Source: Guillardia theta CCMP2712 (Eukaryota; Protista; Cryptophyta). From it: a stretch of 64,000 nt of DNA. Within the stretch, counting starts at the first letter, position 1. Every line of letters starts with the position of its first letter. This document shows positions 1-13,479 of the stretch, piece after piece. The notes beneath the pieces are model-generated. The model saw only the letters and a list, made by a program, of their open reading frames with translations. It did no database searches and had not been told where the DNA came from. The stretch lies in the NCBI RefSeq assembly GCF_000315625.1, contig NW_005434539.1:65263-129262 (forward strand), written 5' to 3'. The translations under genes and the position numbers were made by a program.

Positions 1-707
1 AAGCTCTGATTCCTCTGCTGCGTCTCGTCCAGCTCCTCCAGCAGCTGGCACTCCTTTTGGCTAGCGTAGTAGAGATCTTGCTTCAGCCTCCACACCTGAT
101 CCTCGTACATGGACGTCAACTCGTTCTTCTCGACAATGAAGTTCAGCTCCATCTCTCTCGTGAACTCCAACAGCTCTCGCTCCAAGGCCATCATGTCCTG
201 CTTCGCCCGGTCCGCCATTATCTCACAAGCTCTCTTCACCTCATCCGAGGTCTTGTTGCCGTTCCCGTAAGGATCCCTCCCCCCGTCACTCGCGTCGAAG
301 CTTTCGCTGTTCGCCTCCTCCACGCTGATTGAGTTTCTTGCTCGCAGCGCCTCCTCTATCGATGATCGTGACGGCGACGTCTTGCTGATCAGCTCATGCC
401 ACAACCCCAGCTCCCCCTCCGCGCTCCCCCGCCCATCTTCCAACATGTGCGAGCGATTGCGCGAGCGCTCGGGGGTGCGGAGGATCTCGAACTTCTGGGA
501 GAAGCACTCGCTTACAAGAGGCTCCTGTGCTCTGACGGCTGTCGACGCGTCCGGCGACTCCAAATCAACACTTGAAAGCAAGTCTGAGGACCCGAGGCCG
601 TCAACAGTTAGTGTGAGATGACTGAAATGCTGGTCAAGAGTCTCATCTAGCGTCTCCCCCGTATCAGCATCTTCTTGCTCAATCGCTCTCTCGTCGCTCT
701 CCTCCAT
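1..707 (-). CDS. Hypothetical acidic coiled-coil protein, running off the left edge of the window
   Basis: Stop-free minus-strand frame from ATG 707 (MEESDERAIEQEDAD...MMALESELLEFTREMEL...QLLEELDETQQRNQS) to the window edge. E/Q/L-rich with heptad character. Upstream exons are possible. Confidence 0.6.
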   Translation of the reverse strand, partial: MEESDERAIEQEDADTGETLDETLDQHFSHLTLTVDGLGSSDLLSSVDLESPDASTAVRAQEPLVSECFSQKFEILRTPERSRNRSHMLEDGRGSAEGELGLWHELISKTSPSRSSIEEALRARNSISVEEANSESFDASDGGRDPYGNGNKTSDEVKRACEIMADRAKQDMMALERELLEFTREMELNFIVEKNELTSMYEDQVWRLKQDLYYASQKECQLLEELDETQQRNQS

Positions 708-1226
708 TGCAACTAGGGGCAGCTGGACGCTACTACAACCACTGGTCGTACATCCATGTACTGATTCAGTTTGGTTCTAGCTGTCAAGGTCGGTAACAAC
801 CAATGTGAGGAGCAACAGGAGCTGGTCAAGGTCGCATGAAACAAGAGGCGGTCGGCAGCTGGTCCACCTCGTCTCCTCTCTCCTCTTCCCATCCTCCTCC
901 CGCCATCTTCATCACCTTAGTGAGATATTCCTCCATGCCCGAGTTTCCGTCCGGCACGCAAGGACCTACTAGACCTACACGAGGCTGCGCCGAGCCTGCA
1001 TCTCATTGACACTGAAGTAGCCGCCGGGCGGCCGTACGGTCGTGACAGCAGTGCCCACACTAGCAGAGGTCAGACGAGAACTGATGGGTCAAGCAGATCA
1101 AGGGAGTGAAAGAAATCATGTGGTGCAATTTAGTTCAGATTCATATCTTTTCAACAAGACGTGAACTCTAGAGCCGGAATCAGTTAGTTTGGCACAAGAC
1201 GAGAAGCTCACTGGAGCTACGCTAGC

Positions 1227-4200
1227 TCAGCACATGAACCCTCCCGAGTCGTCGCGGCCATCAGGCCCAGGCATTCCGCCCGCGCCACCTCGACCAGCTG
1301 GAACTTTGTACATGTTGGCCGGAGACATGGGCCCCTTCTGTCCAGGAGGCATCTGTTGCTGCTGCATCGGGCGACCGCCCGGTGCCTGGTGAGGCTGTGC
1401 ACGACCAGCCTGCAAGCGAAGACAGTTAAAACCAAACCTGGAAAGGAACATAGCAAGAGGAGGAACAAGGGAGGACAAGAAGGAATCACCTGATTATAAA
1501 CCTTGTCAGAGATGTTGGGGCGACCCTGGCTCTCGTGAAGCGAAGGAGTGAACACCTGATTTGCGCCGAGGGTGGTCGGGTTGGCATCCGACGGGCCATG
1601 CTTGTCATGGGAGGAGTGGTTGGCAATCAACCTCTGTGGCTGTCGAGATGCCTCAGAGCAAGCCTTGGTCAGGTGAAGGTTCCAGTCGAACTTGTCGTAT
1701 TTGATAATGAAGTTGTTGGATCGCGCCACGTCCATGAGCTCCTCCTTCATTCCTTCCGGCATGAATGAAGCATAGTAGGCCTACAGACATGTCAGGATCC
1801 CTAAGCATGCCGCATCAACTCTCTTACAAGGATCTCCTGCTTATTGAAGCCGAAGTCATCTTTGTACCACTTGAAGATCTTTGGCAGGACGACTTCGCAC
1901 ACTCTTCGCCCCGAGCCCGAGAAGGACGCAGCCTGCTGCATGCGGAGGCGGTTCTTGGGGGCATTGGTTGTCAAATATTCTATCGCAGCCTGTTGCAAGG
2001 TTAGGAGTCTTCGTTAAGACAAGGGCATTTAGTTTCACCTGCTGCAAGTCTTCATCCAGTGTCTCAGGCTGGTAAATGCGAATTCTGGGGGAGGATGCAC
2101 ACCCCAAAGATAACGCAAAATGTACACGAGGCTCAGGTGCCCGGCTCTTGTCCGATTTCTTCGGAAACTTTGCGCGAAGAACTCTACAAAACAATCGTTC
2201 CTGCCCAACCCATTAGCAGACAACCAACAGATGATTGAGCGGAATACCTCGATTTCCGCCAACGAATAGTTGTAAGCAGCAATCATGTATTGGTTGTCGC
2301 GAGTGAAGGGAATCTTCTGAGACTTGAAGTCTGTGTTGTCCACGCTTCCTCTCACCACATGAGCATGCAAAACCATCAAGTTGTAGGCATTGAGGAAGAA
2401 GGCAAGGAGCTGTATTCTGCTTAGATCGTTGATATTCACCAACTGCAATTCAGCAGCAGCAGCGGTAAAGTTGTTCAATTCCTCCGAATCCTTCAGATCG
2501 TATCCAGGGCGGTTACTCAAGCTCAACCTGAGATTGAGCATCGTGTACAGAAGCTCTGAAACCACCAGGAGAGGTTCTCGAGCATTCTGGAACCAGATTG
2601 ATCTGCAGTTCAATAGAGGGCCTTCCTTCTCATCTTCGTGGAACCTGAACAAAGCGTTGGGATCCTCGAGGGGCTTTGTGAGAGAGCCCGTAACTTGTCT
2701 GAAGACTCCGACTGCAAGAAGTTTCTGCCCCAACAGAAGTGCAACGGACCTCGAGAGTTGCTGGTTCTTCTCCTTCTCAGCTTCGGAACCAAAGAGAGCA
2801 CGAGCCGCATGCCCTCGCAACCATTCAATTGCAGCTTGTCCACGAAAAGTATTCGGATGAACTTTCAAGAAAGACTTGTGGTCTTTGATCATCACTGCCT
2901 GCCTGATGGCCGAAGCCAAAAGATCAACATGAAACAAGAGGGCTTCCGTGATGCCTTCGGCGTGAACCTAACAACAGTTCAGTAACACTCGTCGTAACAC
3001 GAGAGATGAAATGAAAAACACCTGGATGCGAATACAAAGTGGGGAAACAGGCGGAACGTCGTCGGGCGCAGTGAGAGCTTGGTTCCTTTTGTTGTCAGCC
3101 GGAGTGATGGCGAGGTCCTCAGGAGTGTCTGAGGGCTCATCCTTCCCTTCGTCTTCGATGTATCCTTCGACATCCTGGGCATCGCCTTCGCCCTCATCTG
3201 ATCCTTCATCCTCAAGCCCTTCCAAGACTGCAGCTCTGGAGTTGGCAGCAACCTTCAAGTAAAGATCAGCCTACCAGCACGTACAGCCTCACAAGATTGT
3301 ACCTGACTGGCTTTCTGAGCTGCAGCTTGACGCTGGGTCGCGGCATCAGCTGCTTGCTGACAGACCGATCACTGAAGACGAGGACAAGAAGAAAGATCAT
3401 ACTTGCTGTTGAAGCTCAGCTGCTGCACTTTTGCGTGCTTCTTCTTCCCGTCGTCGTTTCTCCTCTTCTTCGCGTCTCTTTTTCTCCTGCAAACGCACAG
3501 CCTACAGACATATGTCGTCATCCAGAGCAAACAAGCAGATCAGAAAAAGGCAAACTGACCTGCACCATCTTTGAATACTTGGCACGCGTGAAGGAGCAAC
3601 GAATAAAACCCTGTAGGCGCACGACAGAAAGATATCTTCTACGCATTTCTCGCTTGTGAGCAAGCTCAAGCCTTGCCAAAAACCTGTTCCCAGCTTAGTA
3701 TGTGTGAAGCGGAAATGCCATGAGATACCTGCGGCCAGCACTCTGAAGAATAACAGCCTTGCCACCAAGAAGTCGTGCGCGTTCTTTCTCCATCAAATCC
3801 ACGGCTTCTCTTTTCAAGAGGATCATAGTCTTGCCCAAACGGTATTGCTTGGGTGCAAGCTTCATGTGCTGGACCATTGCCAAGCACTGCTGTTTGCTGT
3901 CGCCCATCTTGCAAGCTTCGGGACAGATCACAGCGAATGTTCCAACAAAGTCATGATGTACAAAACGAGCTGGATAGCTTTCCCTCGCCATTCTTACAGC
4001 TTCAATGACACCACCACATCTCAGCTGTTCGATGGCCTTTTGGTCATTGAACAAACTCGCTTTCTTCTCAGCGTTCGGATTCACACAACGGACGAAGTGA
4101 GGATCAGCTGCATTGATCGCTTCCATCAGCGAGGATAGGTCGGTCTTGAATGTGGCAGAAACAGATTTGTACGCAACACTGCCACCTCCGCCTCCTCCCT

Positions 4201-6313
4201 TTCGTCCTGGTTTCATCGAAGCAGCTGCTGCCTCCGCAGCTGAGTTGTCGAAAATCTGCTCAAAGAACTTTGACGAGGAAGTCTGAAGCATCTGAACGAG
4301 GTCAACGGCAAGGATGTCCTTATTTTTCTCACAGAAACCATCAATATCATACGCTACTGAACCAGCATAGTGGTTCACAATAAAACTGCGATTGTTTTTC
4401 TTAGGGTCAGCAAAATGGCCATTAGATTTGATTTGCGGGGTCTGAATGAGCTTCTGCAAGAAGGTGGCATCATCTCCCTTGGGCATGATACAGACGTCAT
4501 CAAGACAAGCCTGTACACCCCAGCCTTTCGCCTCAATGAGATCAACACAGCCACTGTTGTCAACAAAATCCGATTCCACCAACTCAATGCCTTCCTTGGC
4601 ATACAACTGGCGCTCAAGCATGAAGTTGTAGTGGTTGAAGTGCAGCTGCAGTTTTTCGTTCGCATAGTTGATGCAGAACTGTTCAAAATGATTGCTCTCA
4701 AATACCTCGAATCCGAAAATATCCAAAACGGAAACTTGCATCGTAACAGTATTGGTCTTCAATTTCAAGGCCGTGTTGACGCATTTTACAATGTAGTCGA
4801 AAAGTTTCGAGTACAGGGCTTTAGCCAAAGCGTCACGGCATTGATTTGCTTTTTCAGCTGTTTCTGGCTTCATCATAACGTCTGTTCCAGCTGTGATCAT
4901 CCTTTCACAAATAGCTTTCTTCACAGCGTTGGGATCAACCCTCAGCAGTTGCGAAACAGCTTGCAAGTGACGATCAGTCTCCATAACAGCGTTACCATCC
5001 GAATTTTCAGAAATCCTTAGATTCCCAACATGAAGAACCACTGAAACTGCTGCGAAAATATTTTGCTGACTTGCTGCATCAAATCCAATGAAGTGCAATG
5101 CTTGCTTCGTCCTGTCAAAGCTCTTGGTGTCATCAATACCAGAAGCTGTCAGACATGTCTTGGAATAATTGAAATTGGTTGCCTCAGCAAGGCCGAGATC
5201 CTTCAACATCTTTTGCTGTGAAGATGCACCGCAAACTTGGTAAAAAATATGGTAGTTCCTCTCACCCGCTGTTTGATGGATAACCCTAGCCTTTTCAAGC
5301 AAATATGTTTTGATCTCAGCTCCAGCAATCGTGCCTTTGCGATCGAAATGGACATTGATCCATTTGCCAAAACGACTGGAGTTGTCGTTTCTCAAAGTTT
5401 TGGCATTTCCGAAAGCCTCCAATACTGGGTTGGTAAGCATGACCTGTTGTTCGATGGATGCAGAAGCACCCGTGCGGTTTTCGCCAACTGCTGTCAAAAC
5501 TTGAAGCACAAACTTGGTACTTTCGGTTTTGCCAGAACCAGACTCTCCAGAGATGAGAATACACTGATTTTTCCTGTCTCCAACAAGGGATCTGTGCAAT
5601 CGGGATGAGCAAAGCAGATCACGAGAATAGACAATACCGATATGATTTGGCTGCAATGTCGAAAATGTGAGGTGCTTTCGTTCGACCTGCCTTGTATGCT
5701 TCCATGACATTAATGTTGTAGATGTCCACCTAGCGACAATCCTTCAGTTGCAATCATTCAAGGAAAGGACTCTTACTTGTCTCCAAGGATTCACAGCGAT
5801 CAAAATGGGCCCAGTGTATGAATAAACATGGCCTGACAAGCAAACAAGTTTGAACGGAGTCGATAATCTGAGACCAATCAATAACCTTGCCAATAGCGAA
5901 CGCGGAGGGAGTGCAGGATGTTCGGCTCGTCAAGATGAGGAAGCGTAAGAAAGTCATCTGCTGCTTCCACTGCACTAGGGTTTCGATAACAAAACTGAAT
6001 CTGCGACATGGGAATTTCAGAACGCGTGAAACCTGGTTTAGGTTCGAGTGGTCTTTCACCTGCTTTCTTGGGAAAGATTTCACTTGACCGTTGGACAAGC
6101 GAAGCGTCAATTGTGTATCATTACTGTCCGTCACCTACATCGCAAGGCTCGTGACTGCTATGACTCCACGTCGAAAAAGTTACCTCGCATTCCTCCCAAT
6201 AGGCATCTTTGAAAGAAACCCATCCTCGAGATGACTCTGAACTGTACCTGCGATTACGGGACATTCAGCCATCCATGCAACACATGTGAAGGAGAGAATA
6301 CTCACAGAGACAT
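1227..6313 (-). CDS. Unconventional myosin: N-terminal SH3-like region, motor domain, IQ motifs, charged single-alpha-helix segment, DEP domain, DUF547 domain (multi-exon)
   Basis: Motor motifs in ORF 3695-5710: P-loop GESGSGKT, switch I NDNSSRFGK, switch II DIFGFE, FEQFCINYANEKLQ, LRCGGVIE. Short GT-AG introns join it to IQ-like segments (ILQSAGRRFLAR, VVRLQGFIR), EKKRREEEEKRRREEEARK, a DEP-like segment (IKDHKSFLKVHPNTFRGQAAIEWL) and DUF547 motifs (LAFFLNAYNLMVLHA, RVHFAL..GCASSP, PKIFKWYKDDFG). Start ATG 6313 inferred from in-frame micro-exons. Stop at 1227 after GGFMC. Confidence 0.9.
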
Positions 6314-6959
6314 GGTTTACAAGGACGCAGCCGAAAGCGTCTCAGCGTAATCAATGTTTCCGCCAACTTGCTGTCAACTTCCATACCAGTCAGGCTTTCG
6401 CAACAGATTTTCATCGCAGTGGGCAATAAGGAATTAGAAACTAAACAAGGTTCTGATCAGGCGCTTCATGATATCGTATCAGAGTAGTCAACCCTAATGC
6501 GATCCATGAGATCAAACAGTAGCATCATTCTTTTGGAACAAAGAAGGACTTGCACAAATCTATCTCAACGAGCTTTGCTATTCAGGAGCAAACAGCAAAG
6601 ATGAAGAAACCAGCCAAGCCATAGCTATCCATCATTAATTGTCTCCAAAGACTTGCTTGTGTTGGACTTCTGGGGTTCTATCAAACACTCGTTGCTTAAA
6701 GCTACAAATTTTCAAATCACAGATGGGACACAAACCAGTTATGGAGTATCTACAGCTGGTTTCGTGTCTCGCACACATCCACCAAGCACCAAACTTTGAA
6801 GCAGAGATTATCACTATATATCATATCCTTCTCGTTCTTCCTCCAGCTCCTCCTCCTCCGTCATCCTCCCGTCTCCCCATCGATTTCATCAGCCTTCCCG
6901 CGGCCGCGGCGGAAGGACGGAGAGGACGCGTCGAGGTGGCAGAGCCTGTGCCTGACGGG

Positions 6960-7770
6960 TGGGGTACTGAAGGGGAAATTTAGGGGTAGGGGTACTATGT
7001 TACCTGCAAAGATGGCTGACCAGAACACAAAAGCTGGGGTAGTGGGGACAGAGGGGGGAGGTGAGTGAGAATAGAAAGGGAGAGAAAGAGGGTATACCAT
7101 AATTTACTATATGTCTATACGAGAAAATTCACATCTATATGGATCAGAAAACCGAAGTGGCTCTTGATCCGTAAAAGTTTGGGAAAGTGGGTAGGGGGTA
7201 CCTCAAATTCAAATTTTGGTTGTCGAAGATTCCCGGTGGGGGTCCCCTACCCCATCAGGTTGACTCAAACATCGCACTGACAAAAGTACCGGTACTGCAG
7301 ACCACCCCACGTGGTTTTTCAATATCGACACCAGGTAGTGCACAACTAGGGGGTACCCTACGGATTACCCACCCCCGTACAACCGAAATATGTTTGTACC
7401 CATGTGCTCTAGGAATTATGTGGGGATCTCCCAGGGTGGGGTCCTCGCAAATTGGAAAGTCTGCCGTTGGAAAGGGGGTGGAGAGATGGAAAACCCAAAA
7501 GGGGGCAGCGCTGGGGTTATGATCTGGGGGGTAGTCAAAGGGACAAACTACAACTATGGGGTGGTGAATTACCGGGGTGGTCTGCGTATTGGATCTCACA
7601 CCAGGGGTGGGTTCATATGCAATCTGCAACTTTAGCGTTGGGGGGGTGGGAATACAGGGGACAAGAGGGATGGAGGAATGGGTAGGTAGTGTGGTGTGAG
7701 GGTACGACGGTAGAAGGGAGGGGTGGTAGTTTGGATAGGTGGGGGTGATTGAACCAGATGGGTAGGGTGT
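6960..7770. repeat. G/C-run-rich (GGGGTA/TACCCC) intergenic repeat-like segment
   Basis: Dense GGGGTAC/GTACCCC motifs. The 18-mer aaatttaggggtaggggt (6976-6993) recurs inverted at 25930-25947. Similar composition at ~49900-50050 and 63630-64000. Confidence 0.4.
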
Positions 7771-7773
7771 GGT

Positions 7774-7810
7774 TTCTTTACTCAAAGTTAACTTAAAAAT
7801 CAGTACGAGG
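7774..7810 (-). mobile_element. Shortest copy of a dispersed retroposon-like repeat, flanked by a 10-bp direct repeat
   Basis: ttctttactcaaagttaacttaaaaatcagtacgagg matches the shared end of the copies at 20.5, 25.6, 50.9 and 56.6 kb. Flanked by agggtgtggt at 7764-7773 and 7808-7817. Confidence 0.7.
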
Positions 7811-7849
7811 GTGTGGTGTCCTCGAAGGGGTGAGGCGGACTTGGTGTTG

Positions 7850-8530
7850 ACTCAGCCGGGTCACCGCCAACCAATCAACTGATATAACTAACTTGAACGG
7901 GCCGTTCGGCGGCCAGCCGGCCCCGGCGGCTGGAATCATGAGGCTGGCACTGAGCGGGCCCGGAGGCTCCGACCGCGGCCCGGCCCGGCCCGGGACCGTA
8001 CCGCCGGCCGCCGCTGAGTACCGCCGTACCGTATAGTACCGTCCAGGCCGCCTGCCCGGGGAGGGCCGGGCTCCCGGGAGTACCGTGACGGTCCGATCCG
8101 CGGCCCGGCGCGGCCCGCCCGGCCGCCGGACTCAGTCCGGCGATCCGAGACCGTACGAGTCTCGGTGGCAGTCGCCCGGGGCTCAGTCGGCTCGTAGTCG
8201 CGCGCCGCGCGGCATTGGGCCATTCCGCCGGAACTTGCCTTAGCTCGGAGAGTCCCAGGCTCAGCCTGCCAGCCTTTTGAACGCGGGGTGATTAGTTACG
8301 GTCGCCGGCGGATCTTACGGCGTACGCCCGGCCGTCCGAGTCCGGCCGCCCGGCGGGTCTCGCCCCGGCCCCGGCCCTCAGCGGCCCCGGCCGGGCCGGG
8401 GCCGGGCCGGGCTGACTCTTTCAGACTCCGATCCGCAGTCTGAGTCACAGGCCTTGCATCGGCCGGGCGGGCGCCGGGCGGCCGTGGGGGCCCCGGGGGG
8501 GCCTGCGCGGCCCGACAGGCTCGAGTCAAA
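7850..8530. promoter_or_regulatory. GC/CpG-rich palindrome-dense island between the divergent myosin and ankyrin genes
   Basis: Very high GC, saturated with ccgg, ggcc, gtac, gatc and gagtc/gactc. No credible coding frame. The regulatory role is inferred from position only. Confidence 0.35.
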
Positions 8531-8899
8531 ACTTTGAAAAGGGAGGAGGGAGGGAGAGGAGGGAGGGAGGGAGGGAGGGATCGGATGGGAGTTAGCGAGT
8601 GAGCGAGCGAGCGAGCGAGTGAGTGAGTGATGGAAGGAGGGAAGGAGGGAGGGAGGGAGGGAGACTCAGAAACGGTTAGCGGGTGAGTGAGTGAGGGAGG
8701 AACTTCGGAAGAGAGGGAGGGAGGGAGTTAGCGAGTGAATGAGTAAGGGAAGGCAGCGACCTCTGAGATTAGGGAGAGTATCTTACATTTGTTTGGAGGT
8801 AGGCTGAGAAGCCGCGAGAAACGGGTAGTACAATCACCGTACATTCAAGGATGAAGAGCCCTCGGAATACAGGAGCTGCAGGAGCTGCCGCAGGAGCTG

Positions 8900-10119
8900 C
8901 AGGAGCTGCAGGAGCAACCGGCTCCAAGGTTCGTCTGCAGATCGTTTTAGAGCAGAGTTTGACAGCTTCCGAGCTAACAGCATGTTGTGCAGAAGGAATT
9001 GCCAGAAGTCAAGCACAAGGCGATGCAAGAGGTGTACAGGTCAAAGATGAAGGAGTCGAGATGCATGAGTTGCGGGATGGACATGGATAAGTTGTTCTTG
9101 CATGAGACAGGTTTGAGCAAGCTTCAGGACCTTCATTCTATATGTTCTTCTCACAGGTGTGCTCGATTGTACAGACGGAAGCTGGTTGTGCGGTCCTTGC
9201 AGCCTGAAAAGAACCAACGAAGATACTGGGCAGTGGAAACTGTACGCTCACTTGGTGGGTGCTGTTATGCCAAAGTGCAGTGCCAGTCATGCCGTTCCTC
9301 CGCAGAGTTTTCCCATACATGCAGCATGCGCAGCGGGGAACTTGAACGCGGTCACTGAGTTGTAAGGATGCGAGCTGCGAGGTTCTGTCTGACATGGTGG
9401 TGAAAGATGGGAGGGAGTGAAAGGGAGTCATTTCTTGTTCGAAGTCAGGAAATTCGCTCGCGACATCAACCTACCAGCTAAGGTGACGCATAGAGGCTGA
9501 GGATGGGAGATCTGACTTGTAATCATGTAGTTGGAGGAAGTTGAAGACGGGTGGCCGCCTCTTGCCTTTGCAGTGATGTCACCAGAGGTAACATTGCATG
9601 TATACAGGTGCTGAGTTTGATGGGTTGATCAGCATGTCTGGCCTCCTCCTTACATCATGTCAGACATCAAAAGGGATGGAGCGGGAGGAGAAGAGGAGGA
9701 GGATCTGTCGATCAGAAGGAACAAGACAGCAAACATCCACCTTGTGAGGTGCTAAAAACTGCAATCCTCATCTGCCTGTTGATAACAGTGATGTGGTGTT
9801 ATGATATGAATGGGACTGTGGTGATGGTGGAGAAGACAACCATGACGTTCATAGTTGTTGCTGCATTTCTTGCTATGGCGATGTAGGGAAAATGGAATGG
9901 TGACGATGTGCCGATGATGCTTGTGGTTGTGCTGTTTGAAGTGAAGAATGCCTTTCGTAATGGAATCACAAGTTTGTAAAGATTCCTCCTGGAGAAAGGG
10001 GCAGACCCTGTCTGGTCAGACAAGTACGGAAGGAGCCTGTCGGAGTACTGTGAGAATGCAGAAATATGGGAGTTGACGCGATTGGCCAGAAAAGGTGAGA
10101 GACAGAGCACACGAGGAAG

Positions 10120-10184
<65 letters not shown>

Positions 10185-10495
10185 AAGGAGGAGGAGGAGG
10201 AGGAGGAGGAGGAGGAGAGGTTGTGATGGTGGTAGTGGAGGAGGAGGCAGCTGTGAATGGTTGACAGGCGAGCTAAGCCTGCGCGATGCAAAGAGAAGAT
10301 TTGCGGAGAGGGACTTTGTTGCAGCCCGAAAGCTCCTGGACGAAGTGAAGCCAGACTGGAAGGCTGCAGGCCTGCTGGAGCGGGTGAGATGTGGAAGAGG
10401 AAGACGAGGGGATTGGGGAGGAGGAGGGCACAGGGACGGAGAGAAGAATTGGAGAGAGGGGGAGATGAAAGAGGAGGAAAGATTGGAGGAGAGAG

Positions 10496-10549
<54 letters not shown>

Positions 10550-13038
10550 GTGATGGTGGTGCTACTGATGTTTCTGTTGAAGTTGGCCACCATCCAACCC
10601 ATCGAAAGGCAAGTGGATGAAGAGCTGATTCAGTGGTCAAGGAGGCTCGTGGGACACGCTAACGACCTGCATGTTTGTTCTCAACATGTCTGAAAGTGTG
10701 CGGTACAACTCACATGCTCCGCCTGGACTTGCAGAGAGAATTCTTCAAGGCTCACATGGAAGAAGAGGAGAATCTTACATGTCATCGAACGTGAGGAGAT
10801 TGTTTGCTATCGGAATTTCTTGTGTTGTGCTGACATGTTTGCAATATCTTCAAGTGCTCGACGACTGCAGGACATAGTTATGGAGATAGACAAGTCAATC
10901 AGCAAACAACCTGAAGATCTCGGGGCGAAATACCTTCTGTCCTTGGTTGCTTTCTTAGTATTTACCTGCTCTCTGGCCGTGATGCCAAGATGCAGTGCAC
11001 AACTCGGGACGAGAGTTATGGAGAAGCTCTTGCGGGGACTCTGGAAGTGGATGGAATATTGAAGGCTATCCAATTGTTGGTGGACGAACGGGATCAAGGC
11101 GAAGGGATGGTTGAGGGATGTTACAAGGTGCTGAGAGGAGGAGGATGGGATGCAGTGTAGGAGTGGAGATAGGATGTAGTTGTGATGATTGGGACGAAGA
11201 AAGAAACAGTGATAGAAATGCAGACTGTGAAGATGGAGATGGAGATTGGGATTGGGATGAAGATTGAGACTGTAAGCCATAAAGAAATTATGTTGACGAT
11301 CGTTTCGTCGATCTTGTGCAGGAGTTTGCAAGGACACGAGGCATGGAGGTTGAGAACAAGAAGAAAGGAATAAGGATGGAAGACTCTCAACTTTTTGCAG
11401 AGTTGCAGGCTATGATTGAGAATGTCTGGTGAGAGCAAAACCCGATGACCTGCAAAGGTGAATCATTCCCAAACAGGAGATCAGCTCAAGAAGCCATATC
11501 AAGGTTGTTGTGACAGGGAACACGCGTCATTGTTGATACCCTTGCTCGACAGGTTTGTTGCTGCTCAATCTGCGAGCTCCCTTGAATGCCTTGTTCGCTT
11601 CTTCCTCCAAGTCATCCAGTTCGAGCAGGTTGTGGTTTCCATCGCTCTTCTTCTCCTCTCACTTCATCGGTAGGTCTGCATGACGCGCTTCAAGGCAACA
11701 GGAGAGGTTGAAGGCAGGCATGAGCAACACTTCGAAGAAACAGAGTTGTTGCTCTCGTACTATCATGATTGTGTGGCAAAGATATTTAGTGAGAGAGAGT
11801 TTCTATCTGAAATCACACCCAAGGCAAGGTAGGGAGTTCTTGTTCTTGTTCTTGTTCTTGTTCTTGTTCTTGTTCTTGTTCTTGTTCTTGTTCTTGTTCT
11901 TGTTCTTGTTCTTGTTCTTGTTCTTGTTCTTGTTCTTGTTCTTGTTCTTGTTCTTGTTCTTGTTCTTGTTCTTGTTCTTGTTCTTGTTCTTGTTCTTGTT
12001 CTTGTTCTTGTTCTTGTTCTTGTTCCCCTGTCATCTCACTAGCTCAGGTTTCAGCAAAGAGAGCAAGCTTTTGCATACTCCATTCAGATTGCCAGGACTG
12101 CAGAGAAGAAACGTCAGAGTCAACTCGCGTTCGAGCATGCTGGCATGTAAGTTTCGATGGAGGCGAGATGAAGATTGCTCTGACCATACAGGCTCTCTTT
12201 TGTGCCATGATGAATGAGTGGGAGCAACTTACAAGAGAGTTTGACAGTTTGCTCAACAAGGAGTTTTTCGAGGAGGCAAGGGACAGCGCGTCAAGGGCAG
12301 CGGCGATCATGCACGATATCGGAGAGGTTGCGCAGGTAAAGGAGCAGAGATGACTTTGCGAGATGTCATGTGATGGCAGGAAAGAATCATGAGAGAGTTT
12401 ATCGATGATATCAACAACAATGAGGATGTACTCAAACAGCGGAAAGTCATGATCAAAGTTCAAACAGGTACGAAATGTCTTGTGCTCAGTCAGGTGCTGT
12501 TGATCAGAGATTCTGCAGAGATTGCAAGGATAGATCATTTCATATCTCAACGGACAGCCTGTGGAGGGCAAGAAGCTGTTGGCATCTGCAACCAACTCCT
12601 GGCAACCATGTTTGACGATGCTCGCGCATGGACAAGCAAACGTGTTGTGCTGAAGTTGCCGTTCCATGATGTCCATGTGAGGTGAGAGGGAAAAGAACGC
12701 GAGGAGAGGAGGGAAGCGAAGGGGAGGGGACGAGAGAAGAGAAGAGGAGCAGAGTCGACAAGAGTAGGAACGGGAGGAGAGGAGAGGAGAGGAGAGGAGA
12801 GGAGAGGAGAGGAGAGGAGAGGAGAGGAGAGGAGAGGAGAGATGGGAGGAGGAAATGGGGCAATGAGAAAGGATCATGCCTCCAATCTATCAGGAGCGCC
12901 AAGGGCTTGTTGAGGTCCGGGAAGTTGATGTGATCGCAAGGTTGGGGGTCGCGCACTTTCTCTGTTATGAGTGGAGCAATGCTTGCAAGGCTGCCACGGA
13001 TGCGATCAACTTGGACCCATCATCTCAACGGGTGAAAC

Positions 13039-13136
<98 letters not shown>

Positions 13137-13440
13137 CGATGACGATGATGATGATGGAGTTAAAGTTGTTGTTGTTGATGATGATGATGATGATTGTTGG
13201 TGATGATGATTGTTGTTGTTGATGATTGTTGTTGTTGTTGATGATGATGATGGTGGTGATGATGATGATGCCTGCGACGACGACGAGAAAGCAAATGTTG
13301 ATGATTCAAAATGTCAGGCAAGAAGTCTGCAACTCGTTTCTCTCATTGCGATGAAAGGTGGGATGTCTCATCGTTTGCATGACTTGATGTCAGTCTGAAG
13401 CTCTCAACAGATCTACGGCGAGCTTCACATCTCTGTGACA
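8900..13440 (+). CDS. Multi-exon ankyrin-repeat protein with Cys-rich N-terminal region and helical C-terminal part (boundaries approximate)
   Basis: Ankyrin-like exons: FPIHAACAAGNLNAVTEL (~9310-9360), DGWPPLAFAV (~9547), FLLEKGADPVWSDKYGRSL (~9983-10040). Further GT-AG-bounded exons through ~13.4 kb are separated by microsatellite-filled introns. Confidence 0.6.
10123..10217 (+). repeat. Intronic (GAT)n/(GAG)n microsatellite
   Basis: Direct tandem repeat. It produces spurious poly-M/poly-R ORFs. Confidence 0.95.
11837..12024 (+). repeat. Intronic (TTCTTG)n microsatellite
   Basis: About 31 perfect hexamer units. Confidence 0.95.
13039..13270 (+). repeat. Intronic (GAT)n/(GTT)n microsatellite
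   Basis: Direct tandem repeat that degenerates towards its 3' end. Confidence 0.9.
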
Positions 13441-13479
13441 TATCAAAGCAATCATCCAACGCAAGAAACACTCAGGTTG

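Noticed and set aside
1227-1240. Myosin and rhodopsin both end in ..MC*, suggesting a shared lipidation signal
   Set aside because: This is not a CaaX, CC or CxC motif, and a two-residue match in two proteins is compatible with chance.
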